Source: Entomortierella parvispora E1425 (Eukaryota; Fungi; Mortierellomycota). From it: a stretch of DNA of 64,000 bases. The notes under the pieces are model-generated. The model was not told where the DNA came from. It searched no databases and saw only the letters and a list, made by a program, of their open reading frames with translations. Positions within the stretch are counted from its first letter, which is position 1; each line of letters opens with the position of its first letter. Shown here in pieces: positions 11,801-24,288 of the stretch. Position numbers and translations under genes: made by a program. The stretch covers positions 372,001 through 436,000 of the forward strand of contig BQFW01000010.1 of NCBI GenBank assembly GCA_020891255.1, in the 5' to 3' direction.

Positions 11801-13222
11801 GAGGATGAAAATTTTCTTTAGTCCGTGATTCTTCTGCAGGTACCTGGCTGCAATGGCCACATTGTTGTATAAACAAAATCCTCCAGCCTCATCTGGCTCA
11901 GCATGATGACCTGGTGGCCGAACAATGGCCATTCCGTTCAACACCTGTCCTGTTGCCACGGCCTTGCATAACTCGATCAGACTTCCACATGAGAGTCTAG
12001 CACAGAAGGCTGACGAGTTGTTGAGGTAGATACTGTTGTAGCTATTGGCCATGTCCAAAAGCTCCTCCTTTGACATGTCTAAAGGAAAGAATTGTCAGTA
12101 AAATTATACGTAAAAATAAGCGTATGCGCAGTCTTTGTCCCAGATGCCCTCTTTTCCTTACTCGAAGTCTTTGTGATAGCTTCCACATGGACTGGAGTGT
12201 GGACAAGGCCCAGCTCCTCCATTGTGGCCTCGCGTGACGCAATCTTGATCATTCTGTCTGTACATCCAGCGTTCTTTAAGGCGTCATAGATTCTCCAGAT
12301 CCGTCTAGGGTCCTCTGGGTGATCATCCTCGCCATGCACATTGCTGTGAAACCTGTTGAAGCAAAGAAGGGACCAAAAAAAATCAATCAAAACAGCCTGG
12401 TAAAAACTAAACTTCAAGGTTTCGCCAAAAGTCCCAAAAATTTGGGCAATGGCCTGCATATAGAATGCTTGCAAGAGAGAGAACGTACCTCATGCGAACA
12501 TCGTAGACATATCCTGTACGTGTGCTTCTTCCATCCATGCGGTCTGGCTGTGGCAGAGGGCTAGCATTGTTGCTCCCAGGCGATGCAGCCGAGGCTGGCT
12601 CCTCCGCTGCATGCCCGTTCGCTGCTCCCGCACTGTTCACGGAGACGACCGTTGCGGCTGGGGAGGATGGTGTGGTGTCCATGTCGTGTGAGGAAGGAGA
12701 AGGCGAGACCGCAGGATCGACCACAGGCTCGACCACAGGGGCAGAGGCCATGACAACATCTGTTGCCAGTGACGAAGACGAGTCGTTCCTGGATTCGCTG
12801 GTGGTCTCTGGGTTGTCCACAAGGCTTGGTGGGGTTGAGGTGGTGGCTGCATCAGTGTCTGCGGTAATGTCGACTGAATCTACGGTGGGGCAAGGATGTT
12901 AGTATGATTGGTTTTGTTTGTTGTTGTTGTTGTTGTTCGGAATGGCAAACGTAGATAGACAGACGCGCAGAGAGGTCAGAGCTAGGGATTGCATCCCAGG
13001 GAACGGAGGACGCGTCTGTGGGTGATGATCCCTCCATTGCTCAATGAGCAGATGGAGGGGAGCATGGACGCGTGCGACTGATTGCATAGGTGGATCTGTT
13101 CGCCCAGGGGCAGAAGCACAGCGCCAGGGCTCTCCCTCGGAGGCGAGGGAATCGAATCGAGGAGTGCACCTTACCAGCGGGGGCGAGATTGTCTGCATGG
13201 ACAGATGCGAGCCCGGGGTCAC
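8876..13222 (-). CDS. hda1: Class II histone deacetylase (Hda1/Clr3-like) with Arb2 domain and long Q/P/G/S-rich tail; multi-exon, start approximate
   Basis: Exonic motifs [39 protein letters not shown] and LEGGYNL. An Arb2-like region lies in ORF 8876-10474. Confidence 0.92.
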
Positions 13223-13404
13223 TCGAGGACATTTAGGTAGAGGAGAAGGTTGGACCTATGTGGCTGTAGCTGTCAGGGGCAGTGGGGGCAGTACGACGAT
13301 TGGATGATGGAAGGTTCTGCTAAGGAAGAAGGAACAGGAGAAGAGAAGCAAGGGAAACTGTGCGCTGCAGAAGGGGAAAGAGGGAATGGAGAGCACAGGG
13401 AGAA

Positions 13405-13441
13405 AGGAAGGAAGGAAGGAAGGAAGGAAGGAAGGAAGGAA
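13405..13441. repeat. (GAAG)n microsatellite; GT-rich repeat nearby at ~13650-13675
   Basis: Read directly. Confidence 0.9.
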
Positions 13442-13828
13442 GAGGAAAAGAAAGAAGAATGGATCCGATGCGGCTTTGTGATGAGAGAGTGTGTGATTGT
13501 CTTTTCTTTTTTTTTTGTTTCGCCCTTTCCTCACATATGGGCTTTTTCCCGTGGCGCTCTTCCCCCCCTTCTCTTCCCTTCTTTTGTTCTTTGTCTTCCC
13601 CCCTGTGTTGTTGTGTGGATGCATGGACGTACGGTGGTGTGTGCATGTGTAGGTGTGTGTGTGTGCGTGTGTGTTCATCAGAAGGTGCATCCATGCACCG
13701 CCATCCAGGGCTTTTTGTTTCACAGGTCCTTTCTTTTTCTCTGCTTTCTCGGCTGCCCACTCTTAATCTTTCCATCTCATGCATTCATGCCTTCTGCTTC
13801 ATCTATTCATCTCTATTCATCCATCTAT

Positions 13829-16280
13829 CTATTCTGGGATGATGTGCTCAAGACCCATTAACGGTCGTACTTCCCTGTCCATCTGCTCCCATGCCGACTC
13901 AATCAACTCCAGCTTGACCCGCTCAAACAAGGAGACAAACTTGTCCACAAACGTCGTTATCCGTAAACGAAGCTGAATCTCGCCTACACTGGACCTGTCT
14001 ATCGCCATATCTCCTCCTGTACTGGTCATTACTGTCGTACCTTTCGAAATGGCCACTGTCTTTGTCCCTTGCAGCGCCGTCGTATTGTCCAGAGTCGATT
14101 CGACAACTCCGGAAAAGACCAGGTACTCAATCAACACTAGACAATCGGCTAGCATCCCCAGCAGCCCTGGAATGATCGGTCGCATTTGCTCAAACTGCCT
14201 CCGCGCCCGAGACGAGAGTTGTCGCCGCTCCAATTGCTCCGTAAAAGTCGCAATCTTTGTCGTCACCCTGTCTGTTGCTACCTGGATACTCTGTAAAATC
14301 AGGATCCACGCCGATATGTTGCTGCCAAACGGGGATTGAGGATTGCTCTCTGGCCATGCTCGAGCGCAGGCAACTAGTTGATCCTTGGTTGAAAGCCACG
14401 ACATTCTCTCCAGGTCCGGAAATATCGTCGCCTGGTCACACCCCTGTCGGTCTATTTGCCGGATCCACTGTTTTGTTGTTCCGTCATCCAGCATTTTTGC
14501 AATGGATCGGTACTTTGTCAAAGAGAACAGGCATTGTGTCGCCTCCTTTTTGAGTGCTGACCATTCGTCGAATCGGGTCCTAGAGTATTGGTCGATCCAG
14601 TCTTCACACCTTGTGCAGGCCGGCGTAAGATGATCATTCGCCAATTGGTGAGCTGGTATATGTTGGCGAAAGAGATGGAGAACAAGACCTAGGTAGCAAT
14701 GAAACCAAGGGTCGCCTCTGATATCACGGCCCAAAAATATATTCAACTCGCCATGACTTGTTCGGTCCCGAAGTCGAGGACCGTAAGGTAAGAGAAACAG
14801 ATCGCTGAGTAGATTCTAACCGACAAAGCAAGGATGAGATACAAGAATTGTTTGAAATATGATCCCCTCATTATGCTTGAGCGACTTACCACCATGCTGG
14901 GACCAAGAGCAACAAAGAGTTCGTTCGGAATGTGCTCGGCATCGTACTTACTCAGCACTGGCGAATCAGGGCTGAAAAACTCGGCTGGGATGGTACTGTT
15001 GAGGATAACATCCAATGTAACATAGTACTCTCCTGCGATCAAAGCCGCCCTGCGGTCCTCCTTGCACTCGTTGATGTCGACAAAAAGTAGCCTGAGACTG
15101 TGCTCAATCAGAGGCAAAGTGGTCATCACGAACAGGAATGGTGTCTTGCTTCCAATCTCTATATGATGGATGGCGCTCCTCCACTGGCCCTTTGTTCCAG
15201 GGGTAACAAAGGCGCTTTCGTCTACAAGATCTCGAAGTGCGTTGGGTGCTTCGATGATATTTGGTGAGGGGATGGGTAGGTCGTAGATCGCGCTCTCATA
15301 TAAACGATGAAAGTCTTCTTCGCATGTATCAGAAACGCCTCCTTGAGTGCTAAGGTGATAATAAAGCTTTGGCAAGAGATGTCTAGTCCGCGGAGTGACT
15401 TTAAGTTTTCCTTGAGCGGTAGATGCGATGGTCATGGTCATAGCCAGCAGCATGGCTCCGTATGCATCGAGGGGAATGGCGTCTTGGGGGGTAATGAATC
15501 CGTGCCAGAGAAGATTCCTGATGTTGAGGGTGGTGGGGGATCCCAGCATGGTTTTCAGACCTTGGATCTAGAAGCGCAATTCGTTTGACACCTGTTAGCA
15601 AAAGACGATATCAGGAGGATTGTCCAGCCGATGAAAGATTTCTATTACCAGACGACGAGGTATGCACTTTGTCAAGCAAGGCACCGAGAGCAGATCTCTG
15701 ACTAGGAAAGGAACGAATGTATCTGGCCCCTGTAGGCTGCAGATGATCTAGGTCAGTGGAGGCAAATGTCACCAATTAGATCGCAAGGTCCGTCTCTGCT
15801 CTCTGTCACCCAGTGGGCAAGTTGTCAGGCCTGACTTACAGTCCCGAGCAATTGCTCTAGCACAGTTGATCCAACAAGCCAGGCTTGGTCGAAGCTACCA
15901 ACCATGAACAGATCGAACCAGATCTCGCATGACTTTTGGCTCGACTCGGACATCCATGATAGTTGTTCGGAGTAGAGTTTTGCAAGAGACCCCTCTTGCC
16001 CTATAAGGTTCTGAAGGCTGGACAACACCTCGACGCAAGCGTGCTTGAATGGATCCAGATCCTGAGGCTCTGGAGCAGTGGTAACCTGGCCGTGAAGGAC
16101 TACCTCGGGCAGAACCGACCCTGGTTGGAGGGCGTCGAGGACCAAGAGGCCGTTGGTGGCGAGAAAGTTGGTTCCAGCAGTGACAGCGGTGTAAGAGGAG
16201 AGCGAGTGTCGGTCAAAGTAGACCAGGTCCCAGACAAAGGGCGGGAGGTATGCGCGAGGGATGGGGGTCATTGGAGGCAC
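13829..16280 (-). CDS. ERMARD/C6orf70-like (DUF4209) protein, multi-exon
   Basis: Motifs [11 protein letters not shown] and, after splicing near 14812, [16 protein letters not shown] match my recollection of the two conserved ERMARD motifs. Confidence 0.75.
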
Positions 16281-16901
16281 GATGGTGTTGTTGCTTCAAA
16301 GGGATGAAGGGATCAATGAAGGCATGCACAGAGCATCGAGAAAGAGAGGGAGAGAATGAAAGAAAGCATGCGCCCCCGCATGGCTGTGTTGCTCCACCTT
16401 TTTTTCCCCCTTTGGCCAGATTCCCCCTTTGGTTCGTCCTGGGTCACTCTTCCCTCCTGGGTCACCTTTCCCTCCTGGGTCTATTTGCATGACCTCCATC
16501 CCCGCATTTATTCATCCATCCCCGCATCTATCTTCACATTGCTGCCCACAGCATCAATGAATGTTTCCGAGCCACGTACACATAGCGCTTTTTACCTGCT
16601 GAGGACCTTCTGTCGCTGAGCACCCTTCTACAGAGACTAGAATTGTGGGCCATTCGCTCCATATTCCGTGTCCTTGCTTTTTAAAACCAAAACCCTGGAG
16701 GCGGGGAGGTTGTCCGCCACCACTCGACTTACGTTCACGTGGTCATCGACAGGTCAGCTTTATTAACTTTGAAATCTCAGTGTTGTCCCACAATCGGCTC
16801 TGTGGGCAAGATGCAAGTCAAAGCCCTTATTCCATGAAAGTCGAAATCGACGTTTCTCAAGTAAAATGCGACCTGGGAACAGATTCTCTATTGGTGCCTA
16901 T

Positions 16902-18381
16902 CTACAGATCCCGACGATGTCTTCTCACTCTCACTTGAGTCGCATGAGATGCCAAGTACTGTCCAACGACTGTTTTCTCTAGAAATCCGTAGAGGCGCTG
17001 CAGCTTTGGCCACATCTCCAGCATCTGATCAGCGTGTCGCGTGTTCATTCGTGTATTGGCCTCCATTCCCAGATTAACTTCCTCAAGAGACTGCAAGCCA
17101 TGATGTAAATGCAGACTTTTCTCTGGCTCGAATCCATATGCCTCGCCTCCATTATCATCTGGGTCAAAATCCAAAACCCGGAGGTTCTTGAGCTCCCCGA
17201 CCTGTCTCATCAGTGCTTCCTGTGCCTTCTCTGCCACGTCCCACTTGGGTGTTACAGCGAGGTGTCTGAGTTTGGTACAAACCCATGGTCTCTGCTCAAA
17301 GATCACAGAGTCGCAGATCAAAACGCCTTTACAAATTGTAAACTCTCTTAAACCACGAAGTGGGCACAACAAGTCATGGAAAGCACTCTCACAATCACCC
17401 AAATCCACGTTCTTGAAATGAACCGTCTGCAGTGTAGCTGCCAAGGCTGCTGTCACCAGCGTTTGAACCAAATACTCATTCAGACGCGAAGAGGCAAGAC
17501 TGAAATGACAAAGTCTATCAGAATTCTGAAGAACTGCTGCAGTCATTTGGCAAGGACAATGGTGAAGGTCAATCCGCTCAATAGACCGATATCCACCGAA
17601 AACAACTGGCCGCTCCTGATCCAATAGAACGCTTGGACTCTGATTTTCAGACACCCCGATGTCCACGATCGCAACGCACAGACGTTGCAGTTTACTTGCA
17701 AACAAAAGCACATCCAACATCTGCAGTCCTTCAACCCCCAAGAGCATCAATGTGCAGAGCAATTCCAGAAGTGTGAGATCCTCCTGTTAGCCTCTCGATC
17801 CCTGTTTTGAGGTGTAGGGCCTTTGTCCATCGACATTGATACTGAGGTTCTTCCTCCAGATTCTGCCCTAGCTCCAGAAAAATCGAAGTGAGAAGATTTG
17901 ATCTTTCCGCTACCAGGCACAGCACATTTGCCCGTGCAGGCCCTTTGCATGAATTCTGAGTTTTGGTGCCCACCATGCGGTAGTCCAAGTGTGGATTGGC
18001 CAAATGAGTATTCCGAGAGCTGTGAAAACTAAAGGCTGCCCCGGGCCTAACAACCCTATCCAAAAGTGAATCAAGGTCTTGGATAGTGGGAGTCGGTCTG
18101 CCCCAATGGAGGTCCTCAAACCTATGTATCCTGTTCACATATTGACTGCAGTTGTTAAGAGCCATACAGTCCAGGAATGGTGAGAGCACAGAGTGCCAAG
18201 TGTGGCAAACAAGAGAGCAGGCCAGTAGATCACGTCTGTCCAAAAGCCCCCCAATCTCGAATAAGATCTCAGGAATGAACAGCACAAGAGACGGCTGCGG
18301 GGCTGGCAGTGGAGAAAGAGAAGAGATTGCTTGGTCTTCGATGAGAATGCGTCTTTTTGCCGCTCGAGTTAGGACAGGCAT
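16902..18381 (-). CDS. F-box / LRR protein split across two frames near 17760-17830 (frameshift or small intron)
   Basis: F-box FIPEILFEIGGLLDRRDLLACSLVCHTW in 17731-18381; LRRs and PWVCTKLRHL in 16902-17762. Shares the PxAAxxFHSxR motif with the 5621, 39855 and 41906 genes. Confidence 0.75.
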
Positions 18382-18776
18382 TGTTGAACTGTAACCATGT
18401 AGCTGGGCTGTAGCGAAAGCAGTGAGTGCGGGAAGGATGAAGTGGATGAAGAGAAGATGAAGAGAAGATAGGGCAACGTTAACGAGGAGAGAGAAGGTAA
18501 GGAAAATATAATGGTGGCAGCATGGTCATTCGCCACCACGTCAAATGCTGAGCCACCTGGAAATATGGAAAATGGAAGAGAAGTGGGACGGGACGAATTG
18601 TGCAGACGGACTCGCGAGACGCGTCCGTCAAAATGGGCTCGATCCAAAGGGAAACATCACCGCACTCAATCAATCAATCAGCAGCCGGAGTGTACACACG
18701 CCTCTCTCTCTCTCCTCTCATCCCTTTCATTCATCCTTGCCCGACACAGTCTGTCCAGTACAATAAAAAGTTAAGC

Positions 18777-19449
18777 ATGTCGCAGCCGCCTTTTGACTTT
18801 TCTGTTCCCGTCCCCCCTGTTCTGATTCCTAGGTCCTACTTTCTGCCAGACGTGCCTGACCACAAGCCTGCAACGTTCTCGGAGATGTACTGGTTCTTTC
18901 GACAGCAGATCCAAGCCTGTGGTCCCCTCTCCGTCCCACCGACCCTGGACATCTATCAACGCAACAGGCTTTGCTACCTCTGGCTGACATACTTGATGTC
19001 CAGGGTGGTCTATCCCGAAGTCATCGAGTTTTATTGTGCTCTGGAAAACTATATCCAAGGGACGGATCCTTATCCTCGTCTCCCCTTGCGGACAGCAGAG
19101 GATAGGAGTCAGGACTTGGAGACACTGAACAGGCTTTGGAGAGACGCCATCGGAGAAAGAAGACTGTCGACCCAGATCATGACGGCCTCTGTCAGTGTTG
19201 TGTCCTACGTCATGTTCATGTCTCTAGGAGATGCTGAATTCTCAGAGATATTCAGGGATGCGTTCACTGCTGTTGCCGAAGGTCAGACTCTTTTTTTTTT
19301 GGGTTTTTTTTGGCTTTCACTTTGGTGAGACTACTCGTCCAAAGAACAAACCTCTCCTCCTTTTCTCATTAGGCACTGCAAACGCCGACACCAATGCAGA
19401 GGTGAAATATTTGCGAACTAGAGCATTGCTTGGTCTGGATCTGATCTGA
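18777..19449 (+). CDS. Hypothetical protein, probably two exons
   Basis: ATG at 18777, protein-like ORF, probable intron ~19281-19372, second exon ending at 19449. Confidence 0.5.
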
Positions 19450-19734
19450 AAAGCCTTCATGTCCTACACATCCAAAGAGTTCAAGGAGATCAATAAAAAC
19501 ACAAAAGTCGACCATGCCCCAATGTCGTCATGGATTGTTTAAGGGTGTGCCCTGTCGACCCATGCAGTGTCTTGGCGAAGGGCACGGTTTTTATTTTCCA
19601 CATCCAGGCACAGCACGCTCGTTCTTCCACCTCAGCTCAACATCAACAACCTCAAAAGCCCAGGACAGTTTCTCACGCACATCCCAGGTATTCAACATCT
19701 CCCTCAAGTTGGTCGACTTTCGCTCCTCTCCACC

Positions 19735-20553
19735 ATGAACCAGGACGCCTCCAGTACAGAACGCTTCGGAAGCCATGTTGGAGCATCGAACTCAACAATC
19801 CGCATTAAACACCACGACAGTTTGGGGCCGACTAAAGCTGAGCCTGCACCGCTGACCATGGATCGTCGAGTACCGCTCGAAATCTGGCAACAAATCTGTT
19901 CGTATCTGTATCCTTCTCAGCTTTCACGGATGTCCATGGTCAACACAACTCTCCACAATGTAGTCGAGTCACTACCCTACTGGTCGCTTCTCTTCCGTCG
20001 AATATTCGGTCCAACCAAAGCCCTGTGGCTCTTGCCACGGGTTCCAGGGTCAAAGTCCTACATGCTCTATATGTGTGCTACAAGTTCCTTGATTTGCGAG
20101 AGCTGCTACAAATATTTCAACAATTACCTTGAAGTGGATAATGCGGCCTCTTTACCCCTGCCTGTTCAAGTAGAATCTTGGCGTCGGCAGCGCCGTGGAA
20201 TAGAGATGGTTGGCTGCCCTGTGGACCTGAACTGGACCATCCAAATGTGCCTTCCATGTCGCCAGACACACTACTCTCGGTTCGAAGAAAGAATCCCCTA
20301 CTCCTTACAAAAAACTTACATTAATAGGGAAGTCTCTGCAAAGAAGTACACGTTTTCCATCGCCCATTATGATACTGTTATCCCAAGCCGAAATGCCAAT
20401 AATGGGTACAAGGAGTACTTGGAAAGCGAGGTCATCCAGAGAGCGCGGGCCAAGTATGGAGGAGACGTTGGGATCAGAGCTGCGGCCTTTGGATTGGTGG
20501 AAGAACGATTTGAAAAGAGCGACGAAAGGATCATGGGATACAGCCTGCGGTAA
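19735..20553 (+). CDS. F-box protein with Cys-rich region; paralog of 63021-63854
   Basis: VPLEIWQQICSYLYPSQLSRMSMV F-box; CxxC motifs (CESC, CLPC); YGGDVGI motif. Confidence 0.8.
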   Translation: MNQDASSTERFGSHVGASNSTIRIKHHDSLGPTKAEPAPLTMDRRVPLEIWQQICSYLYPSQLSRMSMVNTTLHNVVESLPYWSLLFRRIFGPTKALWLLPRVPGSKSYMLYMCATSSLICESCYKYFNNYLEVDNAASLPLPVQVESWRRQRRGIEMVGCPVDLNWTIQMCLPCRQTHYSRFEERIPYSLQKTYINREVSAKKYTFSIAHYDTVIPSRNANNGYKEYLESEVIQRARAKYGGDVGIRAAAFGLVEERFEKSDERIMGYSLR

Positions 20554-20735
20554 CAAAGACGTCCTCAATGGCTGGTCGCGATAGCGGAGAGCAGGATGTC
20601 CAAAGTCAAAAACTCGTTCAATAAAAAGGGGCGATGGCCCTCTTGACGCGAAGCACTTTTGCATAGCCGAACCCTGGACCCTTTTTGGCCTCCACAGACA
20701 GAGAAGGTGTGCTCATCCACCATTTTGCCACCGTC

Positions 20736-22172
20736 ATGACATTCGCCTCAATTGACATTCCCGAGATTCTCCTGCTAATCTCGGCCCACCTTGACTTTGA
20801 GCACATCCAGCCCTGTGCACTTGTCAACAGGGCCTGGTACGCCATCTTTGCCCCTCTCCTCTTCAAAGAGATCAACCCGTCCAATGCTCGGTCCATTGCC
20901 CTCGAGCGCCACTGTGCTCATGCAACTCGACTCATCATCTCCATGACGAGTCCCATCTTCAACATTATTGCTACCAAATGCACCCATCTCACCGAGCTTC
21001 AGGTACGCGGCCCTGGATCCTCTACTACTTCTATATCCAAGAAGTGGATTGCATGCCTCCAAAAAAATTCTCGGATCAACAAGGTCACGGCCCTCGAGCT
21101 CACCCCTCGGTCTCTCTCCGTCTTGACTGGGCATTGCTCCAACCTCCAAGAGCTTGTCGTCCGTGGGTTCGAATTTGGCCATCACAGGGAAGGAGCCAGG
21201 TCCAGTGGGGTGCTCGTTTCACCTCTCTGGCGTATTGCCCAAAGATTGACCTTCCTCGATCTGGGCTTTAATTCGTACACGGTCCTTACAAACGTGTTGC
21301 TGCCTTGCCCATACCCCGAGGGTCTACCCATGCTCCGTCACCTCGTCCTCGGAGCCTCGTACTCTTCCTTGCTGGATCAAGCCCGGCTTATTTCTGCAGC
21401 CAAGAACTTGGAGACATTGACCTGGGACATGGAACACACTCGCGTGGGGGAAACGGGCATCAACACGTTCCGTGAGCTGTTTGCATCCCTCCAACATCTC
21501 CAGGAACTGAGGCTGTTGCTATCAGAAGAACAAAGGTTCCTGAGAGGAGAGGAATTGACCGAATTCCTGATGCTGCTTCCTCCATGTGTCAAAGAGTTTC
21601 GAGTGCGGGGGTACACATCCTGGACCATCATAGATCCCATGATCCAAGGTCCTTTGTCATTGCAGTTCCATGTTTTGGAAACGCTGAACCTCAGAGGATG
21701 GTCTATTGGGGACAACCTTATTGGGGCCGTCTTTCGCTCCTGCCCTCGTCTTCTTTAATTTCACTTTTACACACTGCGACTAAAGAATTTTCCGATCAAG
21801 ACAACTGTGACGAGTGAAGGTGTTCTCAGTGACGAGGGTCGCCATGGACTTGGACCGCCCGGTTGGATATGCACTGGGCTCCAGACACTTATTATTCAGG
21901 TTGTCGATTGCAAGGATGGGGTGATGCTCAGGCATTTTCTGGACCAGCTGTACTCCTTGAAAGAGCTGACTACGCTCACCATTGGCGGCCTGAAGCCTGA
22001 TGAGATTCAATGGCGTGAAGGAGAAAAGAAAAGGGTGTGGAGGGAAGAAACAATCGAGAGGGATGAGATTGCAAGTATTCCGTGGATGAGGGAGATGTGG
22101 CCTCGACTCGAGTCCTTCCGCACCTATGACAAAAAGTACGGTATTCCTTCCTTTTTTAACCATCCATGGTAG
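20736..22172 (+). pseudogene. F-box / LRR gene with in-frame TAA at 21756-21758; paralog of 61514-62917
   Basis: ORFs 20685-21758 and 21807-22172 share one frame, and the intact paralog reads through the equivalent position. Confidence 0.75.
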
Positions 22173-22442
22173 GGCTAAGCACGCAGCCCCTTTGTCTGGC
22201 TACAGCTTGGGCTGAGTACACTCTGTGGAACAGCCATCATTGCTCTGTTCTGTGGTAATAAAGCGCGCCAAATTTACCTCCAGATCGATTTTCTCTCCGC
22301 TGCACGTTGCGGCTGCTGTCGTTTGATTCTTCTTTGACAGCCTTGGCGGAAGAGTGTGCTTTTTTTTGCATTTTCGCTCTTCTCTTTTTTTTTGAACTTT
22401 TGTCACCACTGTCAGAAAAACCACAACCGCCTGACCAACACA

Positions 22443-23318
22443 ATGCCCACCAATCCACTCCTGCTACCCGAGATCTTGCTGCATCTAGCGCACTTTGTCC
22501 CTTGTTGGGTGGCCTTCGCTACCACAGACCAACAAAGCTTTTTTGATGACCAGTATCAGTTCACTCCCAGGGATCTTCTTTCGTGTTCATCTGTATGCCG
22601 TCTCTGGTATCCAGTCTTTTACCTACAACTCTGGACTGTCTACGACGGCGAGATCATGTCCCCTTCTTCCTCCTTTGGCCGGCAGCTTCCAGTGTCGAGT
22701 TATCCGATCCCAGAAGAAATCTTGATAGCACAAAGCCCCCATTTCCGGATCCTCACCCGATACAACGGTCGCTTGTCCACGTTGCATTGTCGACATTTGA
22801 TCGATCTAAGCCTTCATCGCACCTGTGCTCGCTCTTGTCATCTGGTTCAAATGAATGGTGCGACTCTGCGGCGGTTGACTTGGCATGGCAATGTTCCTTA
22901 TTCAGGCATGCTCTCCGATCTGGAAAGCTATGCCATGTCGAATCTGACTGGCCTCGAGTGTTTGGTCTTGACACAATGGGACGTGTCCGAGAACAGGTTG
23001 ATTCCCACGTTGGAACGGAATCAAGGGACGCTGCAGAAAATAGTCTTGGCGTCTTTTCAAGGGCTGGACGCTGTCCCCAAGGGGTTGAAGATGCAGAGGA
23101 TGAGGGAGCTGACGTTGGACGGCGAATGGGACGAGAACGAGGCATTGGTGGACTTGATCCAAGCGTGTCCCAACTTGGAGAGACTGACGTTGGAGTGGAC
23201 ATTGGCCGAAGGTGGTGGAGAGCAGCTGGATCGATTGAGATCTCAGTTGTTGCAACGTCAACCCTCCTTGAAGGAAGCAGAAAGAAGGACGGGCGGGTCG
23301 ATTGTCTTTGTCGTGTAG
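22443..23318 (+). CDS. F-box / LRR protein
   Basis: NPLLLPEILLHLAHFV...DLLSCSSVCRLW followed by LxxLxL repeats. Confidence 0.75.
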   Translation: MPTNPLLLPEILLHLAHFVPCWVAFATTDQQSFFDDQYQFTPRDLLSCSSVCRLWYPVFYLQLWTVYDGEIMSPSSSFGRQLPVSSYPIPEEILIAQSPHFRILTRYNGRLSTLHCRHLIDLSLHRTCARSCHLVQMNGATLRRLTWHGNVPYSGMLSDLESYAMSNLTGLECLVLTQWDVSENRLIPTLERNQGTLQKIVLASFQGLDAVPKGLKMQRMRELTLDGEWDENEALVDLIQACPNLERLTLEWTLAEGGGEQLDRLRSQLLQRQPSLKEAERRTGGSIVFVV

Positions 23319-24288
23319 ATTTATCCTGTCCAAAGGCAAGTTGCAAGTCAAAAAAAAAAAAAAAAAAAAATGGACCCTTGTTGGTGGCGTAGTATGGGGA
23401 TGAGACTCGCGTTCCTTGGAAGGACGACTGAAGTCGCGGCGCGACAACGGTCCCTCTCGCGTTGTTTTCAAAGTCAGACTAAGATGGCTGCTTTGGTGCT
23501 AGTTTGAATCCCCCTGAAAGGAGACCACAAACGTGGATAAGATGGAGGTCGCCTTTTCACAAGTGTTCACCATCGTGCGACAGACCTTCCTGTCGACAAG
23601 AAAGAAAAAAAGTAAAACAAAGGAGACCTTTTGAGGTGAGCTTTTACTCTGTTTCAGGAAATCGTGGTGCCGTATTTTGTATCCATTGGAGTATGACGAC
23701 GACGAGGATGATGCTGGCCATGATGGTTATGACGATGGTGATGGTTTCGATGATGACAATGATGCTGGGTCTCCGGTGCAAGGGCGAGGGGAAAAGAGCC
23801 CACGGATGAGAAAGAGAATATGGCGGAATGGGCACCACATCAATCCACCGGACCAACAACAACAAAAAACTCAACTACCCCCTTGCGATCTGCCCCCTTT
23901 GGGAAAAAAAGAAAGAAAGAAAGAAAAATCTGCCTTCCTGTCCCCTCGGCTCCATCCTCCCCCTTTTCCCTTACATACCCCCTTCCCATTCTTTCCCTTT
24001 TCTTTCTTCACCTTCTGGGTCCCTTGTATTCCTCCCGATTCGCTCGTCCCTCGCGCTCTTCGAGCCCATCCGGCCCACGGACCGGCGTGACAGAGGAGAG
24101 ACGTTGTGTGGCTACCAGCTGATGATGGATGGAGAATGGATGTGAGTCCCAACAAAAAAAGAAAAGGCGCGTTCCTACATTTTGCTCTCTTTCTTTAAAT
24201 TGTTTACTTCTTCCATCCCTTCGCTCATCACATTCCCACCCTTTTACTGTCATACTTTCCGTCGCTTCGCCACCCCGATATTCACGCC

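Noticed and set aside
13250-13861. Overlapping ORFs over microsatellite or purine-rich intergenic DNA (also 23500-24250, 51076-51750, 57419-58100)
   Set aside because: Low-complexity sequence with few stops; the translations are compositionally implausible.
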